Shown one piece after another: positions 47,115 through 59,692 of a stretch of DNA of 64,000 nucleotides. How positions within the stretch are numbered: position 1 is the first letter of the stretch; every line of letters begins with the position of its first letter. The notes below the pieces were generated by a model. The model did not search any database. It saw nothing but the letters and a program-made list of their open reading frames with translations, and had not been told where the DNA came from. The DNA is from Lingula anatina (Eukaryota; Animalia; Brachiopoda): positions 49,454,788 to 49,518,787 of the forward strand of contig CM120640.1 of NCBI GenBank assembly GCA_051362555.1, read 5' to 3'. The position numbers and the translations under genes are program-made.

Positions 47115-49866
47115 ATGAACATCGTTATTCGAAATACCGGGAGGCCTGGAATCCCGAAGTCAGGCAGTGGCCAAGGGAGCAAAATGCAAGATGATGGAGA
47201 ACAGGTAGTACAATCAATTCCCTATTCTTTTTAGTAACTAAGATACTGTAATATTTGCGATAATCCTAGTTTTTCTTTTCGAAACTTAATCTCTGAATTT
47301 AATCAAAACTGGATAAAATATGGACATCAATCTTACTTAAAGCCCATCGTGCAATAAGAACTGTTGACCTCAATTCTAGTAGATTCTTACATTGAACTTG
47401 TCACATTATATTTTTTTCACTTTTGCACTTTGATTTAGAATTAAATAACACTATTAACGGCGTGTAATGAAAACAGAAATAATGTAGAGAGGGTAACTTT
47501 TTTTTCTACTGGGTGCTGGCAATAATTATTAAGTCATCTGCCTACTGAGTTACAATGGAGCTGTTCAGAAAAGACGTACCCTCGTAGTCTCGAGAACTTT
47601 GTAAATAAATGTGCGATGATGGACTCCTGATGTACTCCACCTTGAGTTCATTACCAAAAAAAAAAAAAAAATTGCTTATCATAACCATGCAACAATCAGA
47701 GTCGACAAACATGTCATCATTGGGCGAGAGCTCTTAATATTGATTTAGCAAACAATAATTCAGACATGTAAGCGAACGGAAAATGTGACGGAGTTATCGG
47801 GAATTATCAAGGTGTGTTTATAGTAGTTGAAATCAATCAGAAAGTTAAAGTCTCCATTAGTATGAGCAGGCACGATCAATGGATAGCCACGTCCGTGACG
47901 AATGTATTTGAAAGCATTGGCATCGATTTAGCTGGGAAACGGTGTGTCGACCCGATATTCTTTAGGAAGCTGTTACGTTACTTCAAGTGCTTTATCAACT
48001 GCGCTTTGAATAGTGTTACAAAATGAGTGAAGGAGAAGGTAAAGTGTTTTTATTTTCTTCCCGTCCTTTAAATTTACAGGTCCCCCCTCCGCCGTCCCCC
48101 GTCCAAGGAGGGGTGCCCTCCACCGTAGGAGGCTATGGTAAGTTTGTGACGATTTTTCATCGATTCATCAATTACGATACAACAACGTTTTAATATATAT
48201 TTCTTTGTCGTAGAATAACTGTCAATTTTCTAAAAAAAGTTGCTTTCTTTTAAAGTTTCCTTTGTGTTGCCTTTTTGAAGTCTATGATAACAAGAGATTT
48301 AGAAAAAAATTGATTCCTAAAAGTGAAAAAATTATAATAGAGAGCTTTGCATATTTTTCTTGCAAACAAAAATTGCGTCCTTTGTTTGCTGGAAGCATAC
48401 AGGGAAGATATCGTGTTAGTGCATAAATGTCAGTGACGAAGGAATCAACATCTTTGAGTTCTTCCCAACTAAAGCATCAATGCCAACATTTTGGACAACA
48501 TGCATCTTCGATCTTCTTTTACTAAACAAACATTGTGGTTCATTAAATACTTAAACATTGCATTTTACGGCTGCATTGACCTTTGAATTCGTCTCAAAAG
48601 GGGCATTACATAATTGCACTATTCACATCTTCATTCATTTCAAAATTTCTGAATAAAAAGATAAATAATCCGAATTATATCGAAACGTTTTCCCGGGAGC
48701 GAAAATAGGTCGCCATTCATGTCTTTCAAGGGATATGCATATTTTCTCGTTAATACTCATTGTTCATAGATATCCAGGTTACATATCATTGCCAATGTAT
48801 AGCACTTCTGGTAATTTCTGCTAGGTGACCTCTGAAAAGCGATTTCCTTGAATGATATTAAAAGCAGGCATGTGAATTATCATGGCGGTCGGGAATATCG
48901 ATCGTGAAGAAAAACAGAGAACATTGAGTGGTTCATGTATTGAGTTTCTGCAGACCAGACTTGCATAGTCCACTTATAATCCTTTGGTTTTTCTCAAAGT
49001 ACAGGGATAATCACAGGTACGTAGTTGTTTTTATCTATCTTACACGTTCTTTTTCTTCAGATGTGGATCATGAATATGCTTCCATAATGACAAAGGCTTT
49101 GAATTCCTATAAAGATCACCGGGAAAGAGAAAGGGTTTTGAACGAGGAGCAAGAATTGATGTTGGCACATGAATATACACGCCCAACGCAGATGTATAAT
49201 TTTCCAAAGCGTCCACTGTCCTCACGAGCTAGGTGCCAAAGCGCAAAGCTCAACCGTGGGGTCCGTCCGCTAGGACAACTAAGAAATTCAAGTTCTTTGG
49301 AATCGGAACAGTCGGAAGGCACTGTGCATTGGATAAGCGCAATACCTAGGGTTCCTCAACGGTTGGTATTCAACATTATGACGTATTAAACGTGACAGCC
49401 ATTCTTTAGTACGACTAAACGAATGCAGAGTAAGCCTATGCGTTTAAATTGATTAATATGTATGCCTGCACTCAATAGTTCAATAGATCATGTGAATAAT
49501 GCAAAGCGCATGTTAAAGACCTTTGATGAAATACAATGTCTGGTTCAATCAAATGACCTTAAGTATGTAACGATCAAATTCTTCATGTCTAACCTCGACC
49601 TGAGGTGCGATTTAAAAATGGATTAACGACTTAAAAGGATAACAACTCTTCATATGAGATTCCAAATCCCACAATAAATACAGCACAAAGGAATAAATAC
49701 AACACAAAGAAATTTAATAAATTCCATTTTACCACCAAAACGGTGGTTATCGTAATTATTCGAAATATGTGCTTGCCATCGGACCACTTGGACACTTGAC
49801 CCTCCATACATGGGTACCCAAAAGACACTATCTTTGAATGTCGGAACGGATTCATTAAGAATTTTA

Positions 49867-49899
<33 letters not shown>

Positions 49900-50299
49900 G
49901 ACCACCTTTGAATGTCGGAACGGATTCATTAACCATCGGTAGGTGTGGGAAACTCCATTTTATGGGATTTTTCTCGCCAAAACGAAGAGTTGTTATCCCT
50001 TTAACATTCATAGAACGATTTTACGCAGAGTCAAATATCAGGCCCTGTTCACTTCGAAGTTTGATTTAGTCTCCGCAAAAATGTACGCGATAGCCTCCTT
50101 TTTTGTTTGTTTTTAATATACCTGATATCAATGTGTGATTAGTCTCTTAGTCATTTATAGGCGACTATCATCATCGGTATCGTGGAGACGGTGAATTGAT
50201 ATTGAATACTTAACAAATATTGATAAATTTAAACTAAATTTTCTTTTGCTCCGTATATTCGTTGATTGTATAATGGACACTACTCCTGTCTGTTTTGTC

Positions 50300-50340
<41 letters not shown>

Positions 50341-50769
50341 GACTTTATGTCGTATTTTTTAAACTCCATTTCCCCTTCATTTTAACATTTCAGTCCAACG
50401 CACAAATTTGCAAATCTACGGGTGCAATCCGCTAGGCCAACCAGACCGGATTCAAGCGTCAGCAGAATGTCACTGCCTAATATGACAGACTTACGTCACT
50501 ATAAAAACAAAACCTGGAAACACATCAACAGTCACGGGGCTGGGGTATTTACACCCTGTGGAAGTCGTAGGGAATACTATACTATACACCCAGATTGGGT
50601 GTCAGAAAACCTGTCAGTTCAAAAATTATCTTTATCCAACAGACAGTCAGGAAAAGACACAGTGGACGCTGCCACAAGGTTCAAGTCGTCGTCCCTCCCT
50701 ACCAGACGCTGTAAAAGTGCGCCCCCACCTAGGAGTCGAAATATTATCACTTGGGAGACGCGACATTAA
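47115..50769 (+). CDS. Uncharacterised ~274-aa basic protein with RP/RCxSA repeats and YYTIHPDWVSE motif
   Basis: Exons 47115-47204, 48080-48137, 49061-49361 and 50394-50769 join in frame (825 nt; phases 0, 1, 2). Repeated RPLSS, RCQSAK, RVQSARP, RPDSS and RCKSAPP motifs. Exon 1 is the least certain. Confidence 0.75.
49635..50000. mobile_element. Kolobok-like MITE, diverged relative of 11219-11554
   Basis: TIR AAGGATAACAACTCTTC / GAAGAGTTGTTATCCCT with TTAA at 49631-49634 and 50001-50004. Shares internal CTTTGAATGT...GGATT.ATTAACCAT.GG with the 11219 copy. An internal ~27-bp duplication flanks a poly-A run. Confidence 0.8.
50303..50338. repeat. (AG)n microsatellite
   Basis: Directly visible. 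Confidence 0.97.
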
Positions 50770-52191
50770 CACACACACGTACAGGAGTATCTCAAACGCT
50801 CAATAAACCCAGATGTAATAGGGATCGTGGAATACCAAATCGTTATTTGAACCGAATACCGTCATTTATAATAGACGAGCTTCCTATAATGGACCTCTTT
50901 GTAGATACTGATTTTCTTTGTACCAATCGAGGCAATCGTCTACATTCAATATATACATATACACAACTTATGCCTCAGCCTATTGTCTTATTCCATTGAA
51001 ATGGGTATTTGACATACTAGTATGTATATTTAGTGTGAATGAAGGATTTCAATTTTTAGGTGCTAATATCTGTGACTCTGGTCAGATTACTTCCTGGGAG
51101 ATGGATACTAAGACGGTTACCCGCTTCCTAGCCTGTAATTAGGCATTTGTGATTTATCTGAACACTGTATGTAGGTAAAATATGCTTCAAGTCAGTATCA
51201 TAATATAAACATTTACCAAGAATTTGTCCAGTTTACATAATATAACCACTTTTGTGAAAAGATTGTTTACAATTTTTCCAAGTGTTTCACTTTACCTAAA
51301 TCACGAGCGCTGTATAACGCAGGGCAACACCCGCAAATTTCAATAACCCAAGATGATACCAACTAGAATGACAAATTGCAATGGAAGTTGGAAATTGCAT
51401 GAAGTATGCATTATGTTGATGTGACACATCACAATTATCAGTCATAGATCTCCTCAAGTAAGAAAATCAATTTTTATTTCTTGCCACACATAATGTCTAA
51501 AAAAAAAAAAAAAAAAAAAAAAGAACTCATGATGCAAGTTTTCATAACCAATTTGTATTCATAGGTAATAGTACAAGTAAATATGATAATGAGCACAAGA
51601 AAAATTTATTACAAACTGAGCAAAAAAACAGGCAGGAAACATTACCAGATCAACTCAGATGGCTATTTAGGTAATTGTACTTTTCAGCAGTCTAGAATCC
51701 TTAACAGATAATTAACAACATTAAAGTCAATCACCTTATTGAATTGGGTTGTATAAATAGATCACCACACTGTTCAAGAGAAATACACATAGGAAACTTG
51801 GACCAAGTCAAACACTGTTATCTTTCCCTTCAGTAAGTAAACATGGGCATTAAAATTGTTTGTAAGCTATAAACTCAAAGTAAAATGTAACTGCTCCCCA
51901 TTTCCTAGACATCAAAATATGCTCTTCAACAGGCAAATGTTAAAAAGTGATGACCACATGCCTAATTGAGTCGTATATTTAACATATAAAAAGGGATAGC
52001 AAACTGCCACTAACCAACAATTTTATAATTCGTTCACGTCTAAATTACAGACAATAGGACTTCAACATATATTCTTTTGACAAACACAGAAGAGTGTAAA
52101 GCAGTTTTTGTATGACCAACTGCAGAAGTAACAATCTGCTGATGCTCTAATGGCACAGCACCTTATTGTTCTATGCATAGTTTACTATTAC

Positions 52192-55100
52192 TTATTGTCT
52201 TTTTTCTACAGCCATGGGTTTTGGACCAACCAGTCTCTTGAGTCCAGTGTACACTGTAGGGAAGTTCTGAAATATAATAAACATAAACACGCCATAATCA
52301 TGCATCATTTGTATACAGAAGATAAATACATAAACCAATGTATTAAATCCTTCTGCTCAATCTAACTACATGTGTCAAATCATAACCAAAGTATGGTATT
52401 TAGAAATCTAAATCAACCTACTGAGCATATTTTACAGTTTAAAATTTATATATCTTGTGCATAAAACTGAAATACAAATAAACTGTATTCCTTTAATATT
52501 TTAAAGATTATAATGTTCACCATTAATAATCCAATGGTAAGTGAAGGAGTGACTAATAACAGTCCACATATTTATTTTGACTTACCTGTCCAAGCAGATA
52601 AAGAAGAGCTAAGTACGCGGCAATTCCCAGAGCTAGGATGAGATCAAAAATGGCTGGTTTCACACTGAAATTGAACAGTATCAAACTGAACAATGTTGAT
52701 ATAAAACATGACAATATATTACAATATAAGTGTTGTCATACGCCAAGACACGGCAAGGTTTGATGAAAAGATGGTTCTTTATTTAAAAGAATCTAACTGC
52801 AACTCCTTATAAACCTTAATTCCACAAATAATAGAATATCTTAAAAGAAACCAAGCAGACAATCATTGACAAGATAACTTTATACACACAGACCCGTCCC
52901 ACCTCTCCTCCCTCCCCTCCAAAATACCCTCAGATTTAATCATCTGTTTAAGTTTAATAAAAAATCTCTTGTTAGAAGGCAGATAAATCACTCCACTATC
53001 CTATTAAGAGTAAACTATTCAGCTCCTGTGGCGAGTCTATCAGTGTACTAACCTGTATGCATGCATGGAAAATTCTGCTCCTGAGTAGAACATGAACTCT
53101 GGATCTCTGATGAAAAAAAAAAAAAAAAAACAAGATTTGTGATCAGAACTGCTGCAAGGCCTAAATTAATATTTTATCAGCTTGAGGGCATTAATATCAA
53201 AGCTCCCCTAAAAGTAATACTATGCTCATTAAAAAGATTAATAATGTAATAGTGAAAGGATGAAAAAAACATGAATAAAATCCCCTACTGCTGGGGTGAT
53301 GGATGACTGATTAATACAGTAGATTGTGATAATGACAATGTGGGCTTATTAACGTTTATAATGTTTGTAAGCTAACTGTGTGTCTAGATGAGATAGAGTA
53401 AATGCTGGTAAAAGTATCCTTTGCCCGAGTACTCTCCCATGTATTCCAGTGCATCTTACAAGAGTGTATAAGTGTTTCTGAATCTTCACTTTATTCACCC
53501 TGGCATGTTGAAAAATACTAAGATGCCCCCTATGAATCACAACTCACCTTTTATCAGGTTTGACAGTTGTTCTCCTGACATCTTTGAGATACCTCTCCAT
53601 TGTGTGTTCTAGTGTGGCTAACATTTGGTGATCTTTGTTCAGGAGTTGTGTACCTCTGGGTTCAGAAGTCAGGTAGTCCATCCAAGCAGTGACTAAAGAC
53701 TCCTGAACATCCTGCACAAGAAGTAGAGGATGTATTCTTTATGATCCAAAAATCAGAATGCAATTAATAAAAGTACCTTATTGCTATAATGATCTAAACA
53801 CTTAAATTAAATGCACATAAGGGAAAATATAATCTGAAGCTAATCAGGGCATATCAATTACAAACACTGCTCTACAAAAAATATTGATATATCTAAACAC
53901 TTAAATTAAATGCAAATTAGGTAAGATACAATCTGAAGCTAATCAGGGCATATCAATTACAAGTACTGCTCTACAAAAAATATTGATATATATAAAAAAA
54001 AAAAAAAATACCAAAGTGTCAGTAAATATCTGAGTTTGACCCTGATCTGTAAAGTTGTACACATATCTCGCTAAGGCCTCAGCAATTATCTTAGTGTTTC
54101 TGGATAATTTCTGCACATCCACTCCATCCCTGGAACAAAACAACACCAAAATGTCATCATCACAGTTAACAACATAACTTGTTTGTGAAAAAATTACCGT
54201 ATCTCCCATGGAGAACTAGATTTCAGATAGCTTAATGCCTCAAAAAAGCTGGTTATATTCACTTGTTTATCGACATTAAATGATAGTGACAAGTTCAAAA
54301 ATAGAATTAGATACAACAAAAACAGCTCAGAATAAGAAGCCATGTCAGCTAGCTGAACAGGATAATTACCTTGTGTCTAGAATAGACCTTCTAATCTTGT
54401 TATCATGTGTGTCTAGATGAGATAGAGTAAATGCTGGTAATCTTTTGATGCTGAATCTCTCATGTTCCCAAGCAAGGGTGTCTTGGGCAAGGTTAATCTT
54501 CTTATGGACCATGCCAAATTCTACACTGGGGAAAAGTGAACTGGAAACTTCTTTGAGATGCTGGAATTATCAAGTGTTAAGAAAACTATGGTAGCATTTT
54601 TCATAAAATGCATCTTTTAAAATCGGCTACATTTCTTTCTTTTCAATGAGGCAAATCTAAAGAGGAATATCTCTTTCTGGAGCCTTACGGATGAAATGAA
54701 AATTCTAGTCATTTCCAGTTACTTGCTGTTGTAACAGGCATTACAAAAGGGACAAGTAAAGTGATGTATTAGCTGCCAATCACCAGGCTTACCTTGAGGA
54801 AGGTATCTCCTGGGCTACCCTCTTTGGGTGGTTTAGACACATGGAGATGCAGTTGGTCTTCATTACCAAGAGCATCTAGGCACAGCACAAAAGACACATC
54901 TGTCAGAAGACTGGAATCTGGAGATTAGGAACGTTTCTATAATTTCTGAATTTCTGACAGAGCAACACTAGATTTATTCAAGAGTTTTTAAAATGCTTGA
55001 TTACCCATATTTATAACTTGATTATTTTAAGTTTCTAAACACTTAGAAACCAATATCCATAACTTTTATTTCACTTATAAAACTTTTAACATTTCTCTTA

Positions 55101-58100
55101 TCATTTCACTGTTTTTATTATTTTATTGTACAATCCAACTGTTTTTAATAAATAAATAAATAAATATTATTAATTTCATTATAATTCACCTTCCTATTCT
55201 TAGACTGAAATATTAAATTGATAACAACTGTTCTTATGAGATTCATATTTCACAATAAATATATTGTAAACAACTCATAAAATATAATAAATTCTATTTC
55301 CTTTAAGGACAAGAAAATGTATTGGCAAAACCAATATGTCTTAGAGCGCATTCTCAATGAATTAAGCCAGGCTTTACAAAGCCGGTGACCTAAAAATGGC
55401 GGACGTACATGAAAGAAAAACCCCCTAATCTTTTAATAGTCTCTCCGCCTCCCCACACGTTGTCCCTGCGGGGTACAGTAATTAAATCTCGGCTCCGTTC
55501 GCCATGCGGAAGCTACCTGAGAAATATTAAGTGCGCATGCTCATCAGTTAAACTCGTGGTGAAGAAGGCATGGCGGCTGAAGGCGATCGAAGGAAAAAAG
55601 CTCTTCTGTTCTATTATCTTTGAAAACAGAGTCGAAAAAGGAATAATTTGGCCCGTAGAGCAGCAATGAATCGACTATCTACGGAGATAATATCACCAGA
55701 GATATTCACGGAAATATTAATGTTCGGAGCCGAGATTTAATTACTGTACCCCGCAGGGACGACGTGTGGGGAGGCGTGTGAGAGGCGGAGAGACTATTTA
55801 AAGATTAGGCGGTTTTTCTTTCATGTACGTCCTCCATTTTTAGGTCACCGGCTTTGTAAAGCCTGGCTTAATTCATTGAGAATGCGCTCTTAAACATTAT
55901 ACCATGAGCTCAATTTTTACTTTACCGTGTGCTCAGGCACATTTACAGTATAAAACCTGAACATGAACACAAACCTGCATTTTCTTGGTTGTCCTCAATC
56001 CACCTTTTGGTTCCCTGATAATTGAACTTGCCACCTCCTGATAGCAGGAATAATATGTTGAATCTGACATAGGTCAAGACAAAAACATGCTTTACTTATT
56101 AATCTGTACATGTTGTACAGTGTTGATATTAACAATAAGAAGGAAATGATTAGAATTAACTAAGACCTTTGTGTGATAAGACTGACATCTGATAAAAGAA
56201 GGATTAAGATGTACCACAGTAATTAATATAAATTAACAAACAACAATTCTTACAGTAAATAATTCTCACATAAAAAGAACAGCTATTGATTTAATTTTTA
56301 AAAGGATACTTGGCATGAGTTCTGGAGTTAGTGTAGAGTTTGGAGAAGATCCTAGCCAATTCAAGGACTGCTGTAACCCCACTGGCATCAGAATCAGCCC
56401 CGTATGCCAGTGCCTGAAATAGCAACATGAAAGCAAATACACATACATATAGCAAAGAACAATAAGTCTGAAAACCCTGATCATCATGAAATGAACTAAT
56501 GCATGACATTAAACTATCAAAATAAATTCCAAACCATCAATTTTAAACGGTGTTCCCCAAATTTAAGTCAGCATACTTACTGGAGCAATGCCAAATGCAT
56601 CATAGTGAGCTACAACAGCAACAGTAGGCAGCTGTTCTTCAATACCATGCCCTGACAGCTTTCCCTGGAATATACAACAACAACAAAAACTTAAACTAAC
56701 TATACTATGTTATCATGAACCCCAGCAGGGCACAGGTTTCTATTTACCAGAGCTGTTTACAATTACACATCAAATTTTCCCCATTTTAAGGTTACCTGGA
56801 TGTTTGTGATTTGGAACTCTCCCAAAGCTGCAGAGTTTGGTCCATTTACCACCATCTGAAAGCCATTTGCTGTCACAGACTTCAGAAGAGCTAAAATTTA
56901 AAAAATGAATTACTAAACAATTGTTTGTCATCATTTGGAACTCTGGTGTTACATTTTTGCCGTCCACATACAGTACCCCTCCCAGCTGATAACCCACAAA
57001 GGACACAACATAAGTTTTACCTGGCAGCTGTAGGTATTTAGAGGTTAGAAACAAATATAATAAGCAGATACCAAACTTAATGGTATTGTAACCCTTTATT
57101 ATCATTCAGATACCAGAAATGAGGTTTTTCCTGCATCTAATTATTCAACAATGCATCTATCTTTGTGCTGATTTAAAACAATGAAAACCCATGCAAATAT
57201 AAAATATTGGTGTTTATATTTCTCGTTGCAATGTACAAGCATAGGCAACTCAAAGCTTTAAACTTCAATTTACACTTTTCTATTTTGAGGTGAGATTGCA
57301 ATCGGTATGGGGCGTAAATTCACCCTCGAACATGATTCTATCACATAAATTGGGAGAGTTGACCACTAGTGTATGGGCTACAATCCCATGCCGTCACTTT
57401 GATTTAAATGTTTTTATGGAGTTATGAGCCCCTTATTACAGATTTTCATTAAACAAAGGAATTATTTTGCTTTATCAACAATAAAATCTGAACTAAGACT
57501 TTTAAAAAAAATTGCTGGCAGGGTTTTGGAGTACTGAATGGTGTCATTAAATTGGCGTTAAAACGGTGATTGTGGGTGCTCAGGTAAAACAGAAATTTGA
57601 GAAACTGGTCTTCAATTTTTATCCCAAAATTGCCATTGTGTCGTCACCCGTAACATGATACATGTTTACATGTTAATAAGTTTAGTCACTGGACACTGAA
57701 GATTTATCTTTTACCAAAAAGAATGTATGTAAGGCAATAAATAAGTAGCTATGGACAAAGGGTGACAGTATCCTTAAAGCATATTTTTAACTATTCAGTT
57801 TAAATCGGTATTTACAACTAGCATGAAAGAGAAAAAGATGAATAGTTTATGACATCACTGTCATTATCCTTCTACTGCATTATGTAGACTACAACTTACC
57901 TTCTGCCCCAGAAGAGGCTTGGTCCACACTGCTATCAGTTTTCACACTGTCATAGACTTCCGTTATTTGTGGCGTTTCCTGTGTGAAATACAGTGGCACT
58001 GTTATCTCCTCTGAAAGCAGCTCTTCTTCCAGCTCAAACAGTTGCTAGAATTAAAAAGTTAAACAAATTAAACACAAAAGAATAAACTCTGTGTTGAAAT

Positions 58101-59240
58101 CAAGGTATGACAGTTCACTCTCAAGGTGAAGAAATTATACTTATTCAAGTCTGTTCTGTGATGCAAAATAAATATAAACCACCTCCTTTCATGCCAGACA
58201 TACATTTATTATAGTGAAAACAAACTGCTTACTTACCTGTTTTTCTTCAGGAGATAGTGCAGAAGTATTGTCTGGCAGCAAGATAACCATGCCCCCACCA
58301 TTCTGAACCATGAGGCCCCTCACTTTGTCCACAGTCACTTCCTTTAGGCGTGCTATGGCACATCTTCTAGTCAAAACCTTGGAATCTATTGATCTAGCTT
58401 CTACATTCACAACTGCACTTTTACAACCTTAAAATTCAAAAGAATCAAAGACTGGACCCAATCATAAACTATCAACACCACATGGCAAAAGGGGGCAATT
58501 ATAAACTACTGTACATATCAAAATAGATATGATGTGGATGACAAAAGAGACTTTTTTCTGAAGTGGTTGATGACCAAAGGTTATACCAATCTGACAGACT
58601 ATTTGGTTCTGAAGTAATGATATTTTGAGTCTTAAAATCTTCTGTACAGCAAAATTTTCTGGATGATTGGGCTGCCAAATTTTGTGCATACTTCAAAATA
58701 TATATTAGAACAAAGTCTACAGAAAGAATCAACATTAATAATAAAATTTATGCTTTACTCATTGCTGATACAAAAAATAGACAAAAGAAAAGCAAAAAGT
58801 GTAAATAAGCAACAGAAAGATCATCAGTCTGACAAGCTTACTCTCCTCTATCCAGGGGATATAATATGTTTGTACCACAGTATAAATTAAGGGCACTGCT
58901 GTTCAAATATCAATTTAGTTTACACGAAGACAACAATGCAGAAGGTTGCAACGGCCTTTTATTAATTTTCTACCTTTTAAGCACATACAGTAGTATAGAA
59001 AACTTGAAAATATCGTAATAACTATAGAATTATCTCATTCCAAACCCCAAAATAATCACACATACCGTATGATGACCCATGGAGGTCATACTGCTGCATT
59101 CTATAAACCGCAAATTCATGTGCTGCACTCACTGGACTAACTGGGGACATTATGATAAATATCGGTACAAAAAAGAGAAATGATAAAGGGAAACTGTTTT
59201 TGAACATGTCTACAACCTCACTAGCTCCGTCAAACCACAT
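52192..59240 (-). CDS. NCLN: Nicalin (nicastrin-like, M28-fold pseudopeptidase; BOS complex subunit), about 562 aa
   Basis: 14 exons join in frame (1689 nt): 59240-59066, 58427-58237, 58044-57900, 56890-56796, 56664-56581, 56413-56310, 56063-55975, 54917-54793, 54560-54370, 54129-54012, 53711-53548, 53106-53053, 52664-52586 and 52266-52192. Motifs: [48 protein letters not shown]...[17 protein letters not shown] plus C-terminal TM. Confidence 0.97.
53792..53989. repeat. 99-bp tandem duplication in nicalin intron 10
   Basis: ATCTAAACACTTAAATTAAATGCA...TACAAAAAATATTGATAT starts at 53792 and again at 53891, with a few substitutions. Confidence 0.9.
55344..55889. mobile_element. PIF/Harbinger-like MITE with very long TIRs in nicalin intron 7
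   Basis: Arms 55344-55497 and 55725-55889 are near-perfect reverse complements (GAGCGCATTCTCAATGAATTAAGCC...). TTA TSD at 55341-55343 and 55890-55892. Confidence 0.9.
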
Positions 59241-59692
59241 TATTGTGTCGATTCTGAAGTTAAAATCAAGAAAAAATTGATCAATCTTCCCTTCTTCTCT
59301 CACATGCACACATTGGTTGAAAGCCGAAATTGAGGCTGTAGGTCAAGGTTGGATCTGTATCGTTGTTATCATAAGCCCAATGCACAAGCACAAAACACGT
59401 GCTTATATTTTATATCTGCGTATTATGTTACTTTTAAGTTATCATAATTAAATGTTTTGTACGGAAAAGAACAGACATCACAACACAAAGTTTGAATTTA
59501 GCACAACTATTATGTTTTTTCTAGAGTTTTCTATGTCAGCGATAATTTAAAAAAGTCCATGGCTCCAAAATCCACGGTACGATTGATGATACCATTTGGT
59601 TTGCAAAGAGCGAACATCAGCCGTGGTAGTTTGTATCGTTGTGATGGAACAATGCATGCCAGCTACCACTAGGAACTGACTGCATCCTCATA

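Noticed and set aside
48023-48079. Alternative start ATGAGTGAAGGAGAAG|GT followed by a 41-nt intron
   Set aside because: The intron is implausibly short, and the phase puts the downstream exons out of frame with the 49061 exon.
57290-57777. Possible TE remnant ending CAGTATCCTTAA in nicalin intron 3
   Set aside because: Only one plausible terminus; no matching TIR or TSD found.
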